Assembly: GCA_964016885.1 (NCBI GenBank)
Contig: OZ024745.1
Span: 127,472,001 to 127,536,000 of the forward strand
Direction: 5' to 3'
Length of the DNA stretch: 64,000 bases
DNA from: Eledone cirrhosa
Lineage: Eukaryota
Shown: in pieces, positions 13,846-28,133 of the stretch
Position numbering within the stretch: position 1 is the first letter of the stretch
How the letters are laid out: every line of letters starts with the position of its first letter
Made by a program: the position numbers and the translations under genes
The notes under the pieces: generated by a model
Databases searched by the model: none
What the model was told of the DNA's origin: nothing
What the model saw: the letters and a program-made list of their open reading frames with translations, nothing else

Positions 13846-14381
13846 GTTGAGCTGTATATTAAGGGTCGGTTGGTGGCTATTGCTGTGTAAGAAATGTCTT
13901 CTTACAGTGTGAGTTAATTATGCGCTATATCAGAAAAAAAGAAGAAGAAAAGGTGTTGTGTGCGTGTGCGGGTGCGAATTTCAATGTATGGCTGTCAGGG
14001 TATGTGTAAGATTGTCCTAGATGTATGTTCTGGGTACGTGTGAGGAGGAAGGCTTGTCATGTACAGCAACAGATGACAATAGAGTGCTTTTAAAAGGTGT
14101 AATATCGTTGTAATGGCGCACCAATAACTTTTAAGTGTCATTATGGTGGAAAGACAAGCAAACAGAGAAAAGAAGGAGAGCGAAGTAGTGAGGAAAAAAA
14201 AAAAGACAGGAGGTGTGGAAGAGAAGATGAAGGTGGATAAAAAGGGAGATAACTAGGAAGAGAAAGCTAGGAAAAGAATAAGCCGTAGTCATAGCTCTCG
14301 TTATATTTCTAAATACATTTCTTTCTCTCCCTCCCTCCCCTCTCTCATTCGCGCGATTCTGCATACACACACAAATACATA

Positions 14382-14492
14382 TTCCCGCCGAGGTTAACTT
14401 TGCCTTTCGTCCTTACGTGATCGATAAAATAAAGTACCAGTAATGCACTGGGGTAATTGCTGACCTTCTGCCAAAAGTAGAACCAATTATTA
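14382..14492 (+). mobile_element. tRNA-derived SINE, 3' half
   Basis: Same family central and 3' domains. Confidence 0.8.
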
Positions 14493-15114
14493 TTCGTTTA
14501 AATAACTATATTTCTCATAATAACTATATTTCTTCATGTAAGAAGAGTAGTTGAATTTTTCCATGGCGAATCGCTGTAAGCGCTCTACTTGTGGAGGAGC
14601 GTAGTATATAGTTGTAGCTATGGTGCTTCCATAGGCGGTATGCCCAAATTAGCACTCGATATTAATCAGAGTAGAGTGTCGATATTATAAAGAAAACGAA
14701 AAATCAGTGATGCATCTGGACACAAGTAGAGCGCTTACAGCGATTCGCCATGGAAAAATTCCACTACTCTTCTTCCATGAAAGACATACAAGAGTGGAAA
14801 GAGGGTTTTTTGAGGGTGTTGTTTTCATGATAACACCCCAGTGATAAAATTTGCTACGGGCATAACACCCGTGTCTGAAAGAACCCGCAGAAGTAGAATC
14901 AGCCAGATCCATACAAGGACCATGACTCGAGCTACATGCCGGCGATGCATCACTGTCCAGATGCATCACTGATTTTTCGTTTTCTTTATAATATATATAT
15001 ATAGAGAGAGAGAGAATGGAACCCGACGGTTGAGTACTTGCCGTTTCTAATGAGTAATGGTTTAACCAGTTTCAAACTGAATCCATCCGGATATATATAT
15101 ATATACACACACAC

Positions 15115-15195
<81 letters not shown>

Positions 15196-15264
15196 TATAT
15201 ATATATAAATATATATATATAAATAAATATATAAATATATAAATATATATATATATATACACAT

Positions 15265-15295
<31 letters not shown>

Positions 15296-15423
15296 AAATA
15301 TTTTTTACTCTCTAAAAAAATGTTTTTTCTCCCCTAACCCTGCTTTTTTTAAAAAATCATTTTTTTAAATGTCTTTCCACCACCACACACCCTCGGAACT
15401 CTCTTCCTACACCCACGTTTCTC

Positions 15424-15451
15424 CTGATGAAGGGCTTATGCCCGAAACGTC
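15424..15451 (+). ncRNA. Minimal Penelope-type hammerhead core (helix I decayed)
   Basis: CTGATGA-A-GGGC-TTAT-GCCC-GAAA-CG-TC with an ACGT palindrome as helix III. Confidence 0.5.
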
Positions 15452-15579
15452 GTCACCCCCCCCCCCCCACTTTCAAGTTTGAAACTAATAATAATAACAA
15501 TTGTACTGTCTCTTCGTTTTTCTGTTTTTTGTTCTCTGTTTACTTAAAAAAAAAGAATATATATATATATATATATATA

Positions 15580-15819
15580 TAGGTAAATATACACGGGTGT
15601 GTATGATTGTGTATAGAAGATTATATTAATAAGAGGAATTCCAACTTTGTCTGATTTACTCGTTTTATTTACAATCCTTTAAAATATATATAATGGTATT
15701 ATAATACCATTATATATATTTTAAAGGATTGTAAATAAAACGAGTAAATCAGACAAAGTTGGAATTCCTCTTATTAATATAATCTTCTATACACAATCAT
15801 ACACACCCGTGTATATTTA

Positions 15820-15823
<4 letters not shown>
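15580..15823. repeat. Near-perfect palindrome with ~120-bp arms in (TA)n
   Basis: TAGGTAAATATACACGGG...AATGGTATT-AT-AATACCATT...CCCGTGTATATTTACCTA. Confidence 0.92.
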
Positions 15824-15878
<55 letters not shown>

Positions 15879-15880
<2 letters not shown>

Positions 15881-16095
15881 TTTAGTAGAAATAGAAGCTT
15901 TCACCGTATTTTTGATTAAAGAAATTTTAGCCTGATAGTGGGGTTTTAAGCACTTTAAAAAATGTAAAAGGATGAATATTGACGTACATTGACGTCAATA
16001 CTCATCCTTTTCCATTTTTAGAGGGTTTTAAACCCTAATCAGGCTAAAATTTCTTTAGTCAAAAATACGGTGAAAGCTTCTATTTCTACTAAATT
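15879..16095. repeat. Imperfect palindrome with ~105-bp arms
   Basis: AATTTAGTAGAAATAGAAGCTTTCACCG ... CGGTGAAAGCTTCTATTTCTACTAAATT. Confidence 0.88.
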
Positions 16096-16129
16096 TCACA
16101 CTTCGCTCGCTGTTTCAAAACGAACACAC

Positions 16130-16264
<135 letters not shown>

Positions 16265-17126
16265 ACGCACACACACACACGCACACACACACACATGCAT
16301 ACACACAGGCAGAGGCACACTTCAAGTGAATAAAAAAATGGAAAAATATATAAATAACAGTAAAACTTAATGAAAGTAAAAATAAAATAATAAAAAAGAA
16401 TAGGAAAGGACAAACGAGGTGATGAGATGCGGGGTGGGTATATCCCGGGTAAGATACGGGTAGAACATGACGGAGTATGTTATAGAGGTTGTGTTTCTAG
16501 CTTTTGACAGTTGACGACAGAAACTGAAGGTGTTTTTACCTGGGACATCAGAATAAAGAGTTCGGCTTCGAATAATTGTATAGAAGTAGCTTATGTTTCA
16601 AATACACCACCATCCCCACCACCATCCCACCACCATCCCCACCACCATCTCCACCACCATCTCCACCACCATCCCCACCACCATCCCCACCACCATCTCC
16701 ACCACCATCCCCACCACCATCTCCACCACCATCCCACCACCATCTCCACCACCATCTCCACAACCATCCCCACCACCATCTCCACCACCATCCTCACCAC
16801 CATCCCCACCACCATCCCCACCACCATCTCCACCACCATCCCCACCACCATCTCCACCACCATCCCCACCACCATCCCCACAACCACCTCCACCACCATC
16901 CTCACCACACCACTAACCACCACCACCACCACCACCACCACTAACAACCGCCACCACCACCACCAACGCCGCCGCCGCCAACCACCAAAAGAAATCATCA
17001 GGTGTATCTTACTAACTGTGGTTACCCCAGATTGAACCCAGGACTGACCCCCCCCCATATATATATATACATAATATATATATATATATATATATACATA
17101 ATATATATATATATATATATATATAC

Positions 17127-17176
<50 letters not shown>

Positions 17177-17200
17177 ATATATATATATATATATATATAC

Positions 17201-17250
<50 letters not shown>

Positions 17251-17346
17251 CGGATCGATGTGATGATCGAACCTGACTCTGAAAATCGCAAGGTCCTCAG
17301 ATACGTCTTGATTCTACGAAGCAGATTTTATAGTATATATATATAT

Positions 17347-17377
<31 letters not shown>

Positions 17378-17437
17378 AACTCACATATATGTGTGTGTAT
17401 ATGTGTATCTAAAGTCTGTCTTAATCCAGAAGACTCA

Positions 17438-17645
17438 TTTAGCTGGTGCTTATCCCGGTTTCATGGCGTGAAGCGACTGAGTGTACAAGTCTCCCCCCCT
17501 GGACAGGGCGCCAGTCTATCGCAGTATTAAACCCCCAGCTATAGCTGGTACTCATTTTCAGCTGAGTATACTGGAGAAACGTGAACCCAGGAATCGAACC
17601 CACGACAATATGATCGTAAGTCCAACAACCTTACCACTAGGCCTG
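17438..17645 (-). mobile_element. Second tRNA-derived SINE family
   Basis: Minus strand has GGCCTAGTGGTAAGG (A box) and GGTTCGATTCC (B box). The same 3' end recurs at 63950-64000. Confidence 0.7.
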
Positions 17646-17672
17646 TGCCCCCATGTATATGTGTATATACAC

Positions 17673-17706
<34 letters not shown>

Positions 17707-18614
17707 TTTTACTCTTTTACCTGATCCAGCCATCCGGCTGAGGTCATGCTGGGGCACTGCATATATATATATATATATATATGCATTCATACTTACATAC
17801 ACACATACACATACATGTGCGTGTGTGTGTTTATACAAGCACAGCCACACGCATACACACACACACATACACATATTTACAAGTCTTTACGCTCATTATT
17901 CATGCAGTTTAAGAAAGTTAAAAGCGGGGACTAGAGGGATATAGCTTCTACATGTTCCCTACTGTTCTCTCTTTCGGAAAACTTACCTTCCCACTACAAC
18001 TACCATAATACAAGAAAACACAACATGCCCCCTTTTTCCGTCACAAGACGAGTTAAAACCGCCTTATTCTGCACGTATCAGCCCCTATCCATTACGGAAG
18101 GGTTTTACAGTGCCTGAATAGTAGTACATTTCTTATCTCTGGGTAGGTTAAGTACTTTAGATTATCGGTTGACGTAGAAAAAAAAATGTATGCTCCGTTA
18201 TCATCGGCAAAATCTTTCTTGTGGTATTTGGTTACGTCCCCTTGTTATGCTTAAATCAGTCAGAAAAATAAGAGTAGGTTATACCACCATAGTAGAGTCT
18301 CACAGGCTGATGGGGAAAGGGATTAGAAATCGCGACCGACCCATTCAGTGAAATTCATCGGCACATCTTTCGTTTAACTAATTTTAATCATAAAGTCAAA
18401 GTTATGATAGAAAAGACAGACCAAAGCTGGTGGAAATGCGAGCACGCATACACACACAAATACACATATATGCATCCTCACACACACACACTCACACAAA
18501 GACACACACGTGCACCAGCAAACACAAACGTGTGCACTTGCATACACACACAGATACACACACACACACATATATATATATTCTAAAGAATGAAACAGTT
18601 CTAGTCCTGTAGAA

Positions 18615-18703
<89 letters not shown>

Positions 18704-18892
18704 TAAGTATACATAAAGATATATATACTTCCTTCGTTATGGACAGAGGATATTGAACGAAATGGTTCAGCTAGTATCAAACAGGTACACACTTGAAGAT
18801 TTTGAATATGATCGTTACCTGTTCACAGCTACATTTGCCGGTATAGTTTTCTCGAAATTGACAATGGATATCACTTCTATTGTCCTCAACAT

Positions 18893-19362
18893 TGGTCTTC
18901 TACCATCCAAGGTTTTCTACCATCCAAAGTCTTCTACCATCCAAAGTCTTCTATCAGCCAAGGTCTTCTACAATCCAAGGTCTTCTACCAGCCAAGATTT
19001 TCTATCATCCAAGGTTTTCCACCATCCAAGGTTTTCCACCATCCAAGGTTTTCCACCATCCAAGGTCTTCTACCAGCCAAGGTCTTCTACCAGACAAGGT
19101 TTATTGCCATCCAAGGTCTTCTACCAGCCAAAGTCTTCTACCAGCCAAGGTCTTCTACCATCCAAGGTTTTCTACCATCCAAGGTCTTCTACCAGCCAAG
19201 GTCTTCTACCAGACAGGGTTTACTGCCATCCAAGGTCTTCTACCAGCCAAGGTCTTCTACCAGCCAAGGTCTTCTACCATCCAAGGTCTTCTACCATCCA
19301 AGGTTTTCTACGATCCAAGGTCTTCTATCAGCCAAGGTCTTCTACCAGACAAGGTTTACTGC
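18893..19362. repeat. 17-bp minisatellite CCAAGGTCTTCTACCA(T/G)
   Basis: About 27 copies, which explains the 17-aa periodic ORFs. Confidence 0.9.
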
Positions 19363-20262
19363 CTTTGTTGTTATCATGTTATTTAATACAACATATAGTA
19401 TCTGTAGTTAGTGAATCTGCGACTTGACTGAGACTATTATACTTTGGTTGTCATCATTTCTAGATGGCTGATCCAGGATGCGTAAAGAATACCTCTATAT
19501 AACTTTTAAAGGTCTCAGGGTATCTGTCGCAGATCATTTAGGAGATAGCAGTGAATTGTGGGCCTTTGACTGCGAAAATGTGCTATATTTATGGGGATAG
19601 AATTTGAGGAGGGAAGTGATGATATTTCGCAGTACCTCTCATTTTTATTACATTTTTATATGATTTTTCCAAAATATTCCGCATGTATATGATGTTTACT
19701 GGCTTTCAAGAATATAGAGTTGCGATGTTTCATTAATTTGTTCATTTGGTGGGTTATTTGGTGAAAGCTTTTTTTACAATCTCTCCACTTGATAGGCCAT
19801 CCAAGGTCTGGCCTATCAAGTGGAGAGATTGTAAGTGGAGAGATTAACGAATCTATGGTAATCTACCCTATGGTAACCTATCTTATGGTAACCTATCCTA
19901 TGGTAACCTACCCTATTAGCTACGGCAAGTCATTGATATTATTATAATCTCTACGTTAAATACACTTAACAAATATGAGATTTGTAGGAAATAATTTTGG
20001 AAGGCTGCTCGAGTTATGGTAAGTGGTGTACAACGAGTGTTTGGCAGGCAGTTTCCCTGTTTACCCCTCAGTGGGAAAGCTTCACATTTTATATTCGGCG
20101 GACAAGTCGACCACTCGTTTTGGAGAGATATTTTTAGGCCTCACATGTCGACTTGTACGCCGGCATATTTACGGTATATTTATTGAGATCAGCTGCCCTG
20201 CAAATACAAACATTTCTTTCCAACATAAGCGAGAAGGAGAATCTCTACATGGATTATAAGTA

Positions 20263-20590
20263 CAACGTATCCCCGACATTCGCGGTCCCAGTTATTCGCG
20301 GGCTTTTCCTTAGAACCTAACTAACAATTGTTCGCGGAAACCACTGCAATTTCACGGAATCGTAAATATCTTTCGCGATTTTTTAAATGGCATCTTTCGC
20401 GGCAATATATATTTTTTAATGCTTTTTAACGCTAAATCATTAATAACAATATACCGTATTTGCCGCCTATATTTTACGTTATGTTTTGACGTTTATAGGC
20501 ATTTTTATGGACCACGTCCAATATTTGCGGTTTTTCCACTCTTCGCGGTTGGTCTAGGAACGTAACCCCCGCGAATACCGGGAGAATATT
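20263..20590. mobile_element. pogo/Tigger-like MITE (second copy)
   Basis: Reverse-complement similarity to 51464-51830 (cccgacattcgcggtccc; ctaggaacgtaacccc). Confidence 0.6.
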
Positions 20591-20895
20591 ATTAGGAGAA
20601 TATTATTATCAGGAGAATTGTATATAGATTTGTATAATTATTGGTAATTGATTATATTAAATTTCCAAGTGCTAATCACAAAAGAGATTTCAGTCAAAGA
20701 AAGTTATGAGCTCTCTTTACAAATACAATTTGAAAGCAAGTAAGAATGCGCAAGACTTTCTAAAGTTCATGATGTACATCTTTAATGATGTTATATAAAT
20801 TGCTTAGCGACGGAATTTTATTTCCTTCTCAAGAAATATCTCTTTTATAAGAGCTTCCATATATATAATAGAAAGATAACATACCTACATACATA

Positions 20896-21272
20896 AATGG
20901 TGGCTGCCAACTCGTTTTCGAGTACGGCCACTGCTTTATATCCATGTAGGAGAACCCCTACCGATGCGCTGAACGAGTGTGACTTTTTAGTCCAGCCAGC
21001 GACTTGAAAACTTTGGTACAAACACTACACTTATGACAATTATTGACACATAGTGCTGGGCCCATGGTACCATGTGACGACAAGTGCAGAGAGATCTCCA
21101 GATATAAAGCAATGCCTGTGCCGTGAAGCTTTTATAGTGAGCAAAGGCACTGCACAAAGCCAGTCCCACTCTCTTAACCAAGATGATATTTACCAAAAAG
21201 AAGAACAAGTCAACATCATTGGATACCATCAGAGTTGCAGGTGTTATATCAGAGTTTTCCTTCTCCTAGAAT
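20896..21272. mobile_element. Dispersed ~375-bp repeat next to (TACA)n, with an inverted copy at 55331-55702
   Basis: Near-identical ORF translations at 21053 and 55173. A related diverged family lies at 27151-27292 and 30919-31275. Confidence 0.8.
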
Positions 21273-21344
21273 TCTGCCTTGACATACGTACATACATACA
21301 TGCATGCATGCATGCATACATACTTACATACGTAATACATATAT

Positions 21345-21363
21345 ACATACAAACATACATACA

Positions 21364-21397
<34 letters not shown>

Positions 21398-21449
21398 CAT
21401 ATACACATAAATACGTAATACATATATACATCCATGCATACATATATAT

Positions 21450-21482
<33 letters not shown>

Positions 21483-21490
21483 CATACATT

Positions 21491-21541
<51 letters not shown>

Positions 21542-21551
21542 ATATACATAC

Positions 21552-21648
<97 letters not shown>

Positions 21649-21953
21649 CATATATACATATACATACATACATATACATACATCCAGACATCCAAACATA
21701 TATTCATACATGCATACATATAGGCATTCATACCTCCATATATATATACATATATATATACATATATACATATATACATACATAAATCATACCTCCAAAC
21801 ATTCATACAGACATATTTACGTCCATACACACATACGTACCTCTATACATACAGACACACCTCCACACATACATACAAAAACACGTCCACATGCGTATAA
21901 AGATACATAATACATAATACATACATACATACATACATACATACATACATACA

Positions 21954-21987
<34 letters not shown>

Positions 21988-22039
21988 CATATACACATAA
22001 ATACGTAATACATATATACATCCATGCATACATATATAT

Positions 22040-22086
<47 letters not shown>

Positions 22087-22090
22087 CATT

Positions 22091-22139
<49 letters not shown>

Positions 22140-22149
22140 ATATACATAC

Positions 22150-22194
<45 letters not shown>

Positions 22195-22487
22195 CATATA
22201 TACATATACATACATACATATACATACATCCAGACATCCAAACATATATTCATACATGCATACATATAGGCATTCATACCTCCATATATATATACATATA
22301 TATATACATATATACATATATACATAAATCATACCTCCAAACATTCATACAGACATATTTACGTCCATACACACATACGTACCTCTATACATACAGACAC
22401 ACCTCCACACATACATACAAAAACACGTCCACATGCGTATAAAGATACATAATACATAATACATACATACATACATACATACATACA

Positions 22488-22520
<33 letters not shown>
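21345..22520. repeat. Tandem duplication (~540 bp) of a microsatellite-rich segment
   Basis: catccagacatccaaac...cacatgcgtataaagatacataa occurs at about 21681-21910 and 22227-22451. Confidence 0.85.
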
Positions 22521-22521
<1 letters not shown>

Positions 22522-22619
22522 CATACATACACATTAGTAACATACATAAGAAACAGAAAGAACACGACTAGTTAGGAAATTACAAGTGCAATCCTTTAAT
22601 GGAACAGTAAAAATAAGTA

Positions 22620-23470
22620 GATAGAGATGCAGGCAACACACCTAGATGTGATAACAAGTGCAGACTCTGCAGAACTAACATCGAGGATATCACCCATGTC
22701 ATCAGCAGCTGTCCAAAGATGTCATCGCGGTACTATCTACCTATGAGGCATGATGTAGTGGCCAAAACACTGTACAATGCAGTTCGTAAAAAAGATAGCC
22801 CCGATAATAAACACATTAAAAGCTGCAGCAATGTGGAAGATATCCATATACATAATATGAAAGAGTACTGGTGGAATGTTCCAGTAAAAACACCAATAAA
22901 ATGCCGGCATAACAGACCAGATATTATGATATAGGACAGGGAGAAGAAAGCATGCTCAGTAGTGGAAATTAGCTGCCCAGCAGATGGCAATATAATATCA
23001 AAGATTAGTGAAAAGGAGAATATTTATGCAGAACTGATGAGAAATCTGCAGATACTCCACCCTGATTACACCATCAGATTTATGCCTATGATTATTGGGA
23101 CACTGGGGGTATGTTAGTAACTGCCTCAATACAAATCTTGAGAAGCTAGGCTTCACAGGAACAGAAAGAACACAACTAGTTAGGAAATTACATGTACAAT
23201 CCATTAATGGAACAGTAAAAATATGTAAAACATTCCAAAAATTTTGCATCTAATAACTGCATATACACATGTACAGATACAAAGCATATACACATGTACA
23301 CATACAACTCAAAACATACGCATCCACACACACAATTACATCTATATCTACACATGCATATCTACCTAGTTGATGTTGTGTAAATTCCAATGAGAGAGTC
23401 TTGTGTCTATGTTAGAAACCGACTCTCTCTCTATTGGTAAACATTTGTGAAATTATAAAACCAGAAGAAC
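22620..23470 (+). mobile_element. Second, distinct RLE non-LTR retrotransposon 3' fragment (pseudogenised)
   Basis: CRLCRTNIEDITHVISSCPKMSSRYYLPMRHD...NRPDIMI*DREKKACSVVEISCP, with an internal stop at 22932-22934 and a frameshift near 23105. 22552-22615 duplicates 23161-23223. Ends in (TACA)n. Confidence 0.85.
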
Positions 23471-23619
23471 ATACACAGCTACATACATACATACATACAT
23501 ACATAGCTACATACATACCTACCTACATACATACATAATGCCTATATACATACATACACAGCTCCATACATACATACATACATACATACATACATACATA
23601 CATACATACATACATACAT

Positions 23620-24495
23620 AAAAAAAATTGACCAATTTACAGAAAAAGTTGTGCATGGATACTTGAGGCGTAAAATACAGACCATAGAGGGGATAAACCA
23701 CTCAAAAAGCCTGGCATGGAGTTCCGACAAGTTTATGACATCACACCTTGAGGGATATCTCTATGCAATACAGTAACAAGAACTCCCTACCAAATATCTG
23801 TTGCACAAAAGAGGAGGGCCAGCAGCTGACAATACATGTAGGCTATGTAAAACAAAGATCGAGGATGTAAGCCACATTGTTGCCAGCTGCGAAAGAATGT
23901 CATCTCGCTACTACCTCCCCATGAGACACGATGGGATAGCTAGAACCATCTGGAACGCACTTCGGAAAACAAAATTAACAACAAACGAGGAAGAATATAT
24001 TGAGACAGATGGCACTAAGGAATACTGGTGGAACCTGAAAATAAAGACTGTCACCAAATTAAAGCACAACCGGCCTGATATTGTAGTTTGGGACCACACA
24101 TTGAAAACGTGTTCTGTTGTGGAGATCAGCTGCCCACTTGATGTAAACGTTGTCAGAAAAATACAGGAGAAGGAGGACATCTACGGACCATTGATGAGGA
24201 GTTTACAAATCCAGTATCCAAGATACACCTTTAGCTTCATACCCATCATTATTGGTGCTACGGGGTATATACCAACCCGCTTGGACCAAAGTATGACTGA
24301 ACTTGAATTTGCGGACAAAAAGCGCAGCTCCCTAATTCATAGTCTACAAATGGCTGCGATAGCTGGCACCTTCAAAATTTGCAAAACATTCTTGCGATTC
24401 AAGGGATGAAAATTTCTTTTCTTTTACAACCTTGCCACCAGGAAGGTGGCCGGTCAAAAAAATATACTCGAAATTAAGAGAAAGAGAAAACAAAT
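23620..24495 (+). mobile_element. 3' fragment of a restriction-like-endonuclease non-LTR retrotransposon (R4/Dong-like)
   Basis: EGYLYAIQ*QELPTKY (stop at 23774-23776), CCHC knuckle CRLCKTKIEDVSHIVASC, RHD, and PD-(D/E)xK-like NRPDIVV...EISCP. Flanked by (TACA)n. Confidence 0.88.
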
Positions 24496-24839
24496 ACATA
24501 CATACATGTACTCTTATCTACATAGAACTATACATATACACAGCAAATAAAAGCTAGTCAGCATTTATTAATTTACTGTTAAATGAAATTTTCTTTGATT
24601 TATAGATTAGCAATAATTTTAGCGTCATTGTCGTTATAATTGTCTTCTCTTTCACATGTAATTTACTTCTATTTTATTAACATCCCACATTCCTGATCTC
24701 TATACATGTTTGAGCTGAGTTAAATGGTCTCTAATTATGCTTAGAATTCAATTACCGGCAGTTCTCTGTGTTTTTATATACGCCTAGCAAAGAAATCGTT
24801 GGCTTATATACATATGAAGCATGCAACTATATATATAAT

Positions 24840-25028
24840 GATTTCTAATATAGGCACAAGGCTAGTAATTTGGGAATTAAATCGACCCCAGTACGTTATT
24901 GGTGCTTATCAACCCCGTAAGGATGAAAGGCAAAGTTATCATCGGCAGGATTTGAACTCAGACCGTAAAGGACCGTAACTCTATGCTGCAAAGCATGGTC
25001 TCCGACGCTCTACCGATTCTGCCAATCG
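24840..25028 (-). mobile_element. tRNA-derived SINE
   Basis: Reverse complement of the family (GGATGAAAGGCAAAG, GGATTTGAACTC, CCGATTCTGCCA). Confidence 0.85.
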
Positions 25029-25060
25029 TGTATATGTATGTAACGATCCATCACTTTCTG

Positions 25061-25147
<87 letters not shown>

Positions 25148-25158
25148 CATACACACAC

Positions 25159-25216
<58 letters not shown>

Positions 25217-25486
25217 CACATAAGACACGGATAGTTTACAAATGACATTTGGAAACTCTGCTTCGTAGAATCGAGAGATATCCGAGGACCTTGCGATTTC
25301 AGAGTCAGGTTCGATCATTACATCGATCGTACCTCGAGCTGGTCGCCATTGTAATATGTCTAATAAATCTTATTCGTCGCACCACTGATTCTCAGTTTCT
25401 TATGTGATATTATACTCTGCTCTGTAAGAGCATCGAGTGCTCAAACGGCCTACCGCTTACGGACACTTTAAGCATCCCACACCAAT

Positions 25487-25518
<32 letters not shown>

Positions 25519-25561
25519 TATATATATATATATGTATATACACACACACACATATATATAT

Positions 25562-25628
<67 letters not shown>

Positions 25629-26247
25629 TATATATATACATATACATATACACACACATATATATATATACACACACACATATATATATGTATATACACA
25701 CACACATATATATATATATACACACACACATATATTTATATGTATATACACACACACATATATATATATATACTTCTAGTATATAAAATTAGTTTAATGT
25801 TTCTGAGGAGGACGGCCACCGTTCAACCGACCCGCTGAAATGATCGTAAAACAATGAACTAACTCTCTACCTCCGCCACACACTCACATACATATATATA
25901 TATATATACTTTATATACATTACACACTATTATATTATTTGTTGTTGTATTGTGTTGTTATTTTGGCTCTCAACGGCATAAGTTAGGCCTGCCTTTAAAT
26001 ATGGCTGCATCTCGTAAGAGGAATTTTGGCTGTATTATTAATATGGTGTCCAATCCTATCACCTTACTATTTTCCACGTGACAGAAGGAGGAATTTATTC
26101 CAATTTAGAAAGCACAAAACCACAAAGACACTCTAGCAATTCCACCAACCACCACCCTGCATTGGTACTTTATTTCTCGACCTCCAATGAATGAAAGGAG
26201 AGGTTGACCCTGGCGACAGCTTGCAGACTTTAATATTGTTATATACA

Positions 26248-26437
26248 GGGCGGTGGATTGGCAGTATCGGTAGAGGGTTGGACGCCATGCTTTCCAACAT
26301 AGTTACGTCCCTTTACGATCTGAGTTCAAATCCCGCCGAGGTTGACTTTGCCTTTCATCCTTACGGGGTCGATAGAATAAAGTACCAGGAATGCTCTGGG
26401 TAATTGCTGGCCTTGTGCCAAAAGTAGAAACAATTAT
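26248..26437 (+). mobile_element. tRNA-derived SINE, full length
   Basis: A and B boxes. Flanked by the direct repeat TATTGTTATATACAGG (about 26234 and 26434), a likely TSD. Confidence 0.9.
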
Positions 26438-26548
26438 TGTTATATACAGGAAGAAATTTGTAGTTTACTTGAAGCATTTTATATAGTATAAAGAATTCCA
26501 AATTTGAATTTGCAAGCCACATCGGATACTGGAATAGTTCCTTTATTT

Positions 26549-26586
26549 TCCTCGGAAGAAGAGATATTAATCTCGAAATATCAGGA
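26549..26586 (+). ncRNA. Degenerate minimal hammerhead (core U4>G)
   Basis: TCCT-CGGAAGA-A-GAGAT-ATTA-ATCTC-GAAA-TA-TC-AGGA. Helices I and II are intact. Confidence 0.4.
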
Positions 26587-26879
26587 CATAGGAATAAATT
26601 AAGGTAAAAAACATCCCTTGTTTCTTACGATTTAATTATTTCCCGTCCAACCGGCATTGTCGTGGCTCTCAAACTTCGAATTCTTTCTGTTATATGTGAA
26701 TATAATTGTGTGGAAGCAGTAATTCCAGTCAAGTTGATCTCAGTATGACTCGAACAGATACCTTAACTGTGTTTAAGAAAGTTTTATTTACCATACGGTC
26801 AATCCCATGAGGAGTTGAAACAAGTGGCATCGTGGAGTGACATAAGCGAATTCACTTTGGAATATATTTCACTCCAATT

Positions 26880-26975
26880 TAACTTTGCCTTTCATCCTTA
26901 CGGGGTCGATAAAATAAAGTACCAGTAATTCACTGTGATAATTGCTGGCCTTGTACCAAAAGTAGAAACAACTAT
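26880..26975 (+). mobile_element. SINE 3' fragment
   Basis: Central and 3' domains of the same family. Confidence 0.8.
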
Positions 26976-27311
26976 TGAATACATTTTTTATTTAATTGCA
27001 TCTCAGATTATATAAATATCTCTCGTTTTCTTTTCCTATTTGTCTGTCTGTCTGTCTGTCTGTCTCTTTCTTTCTCTCTCTCTCTCTATATATATAAACA
27101 CATACACAAACACTCAACTCCCCACCCAACATATATATATATACATATATGATGGCTGCCCCCTCGTTATCGAGTATGGCCATTGCACGTTATACCATTA
27201 TTAATAATTATTAATTAATTCTATCGTGCAATGCCTGTGCGTGAAGATATTTTTTAAAGTGAGGAAAGACTGTGCACTGAGCCAATCCCAGTCTGTATAT
27301 ATATATACACA

Positions 27312-27404
<93 letters not shown>

Positions 27405-27474
27405 TATAATTTGGTTTAATCCATATATATATTCCATATATAAATATATAACTTTCTTAAATATATATACACAT

Positions 27475-27562
<88 letters not shown>

Positions 27563-27937
27563 GCGTGTGTGTGCGTATGTGAATTTGTGAATGTGTGGAA
27601 ATTTAATTAAAAAAAAAGATATGCAATAGGAAGTGTTCTGTGTTTTATATTTGTCGAGCCTTTATATAAACACATTCACTCACACACTCCCTCTCATACG
27701 TAAACATACGTACACACAAACACACACATTCGTACACGTACATACACATAGATTGCGTGCGAATATACCAATAGTTAGCAGAATGTGAGTGCAATTACGA
27801 ACAAAATACGAACGAACTCAATACATTAGGCAGAGGTAGATATTTAATGCATACACATACTCTCATGTACAAATATTTTCAAAATTTCTTGTAACAATCT
27901 TTTCCGAACTTTCATCTACCTACCTGTTTGTCTCCAT

Positions 27938-27971
27938 TTTCTGACGAAGGATTTCCGTCCGAAACGTAGAA
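27938..27971 (+). ncRNA. Minimal Penelope-type hammerhead motif
   Basis: TTT-CTGACGA-A-GGA-TTTCCG-TCC-GAAA-CG-TA-GAA, with a weak 3-bp helix I. Confidence 0.5.
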
Positions 27972-28026
27972 CCCTTTTCCACTAGCTCCCAAGCGTGATC
28001 CTATGATAATAACAATGTGTATGTGT

Positions 28027-28133
<107 letters not shown>

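Noticed and set aside
16491-17035. Possible exon after TTTTGACAG (TTETEGVFTWDIRIKSS...)
   Set aside because: It runs into a 12-bp CCA-type repeat and a repeat-family fragment, with no clear donor site or recognisable homology.
18753-19427. 224-aa ORF with a 17-aa repeat
   Set aside because: It arises from a 17-bp minisatellite that lacks stop codons. The same peptide appears in shifted frames.
20023-20259. GIY-YIG endonuclease remnant (FYIRRTSRPL)
   Set aside because: The match is too short and interrupted to support without a profile search.
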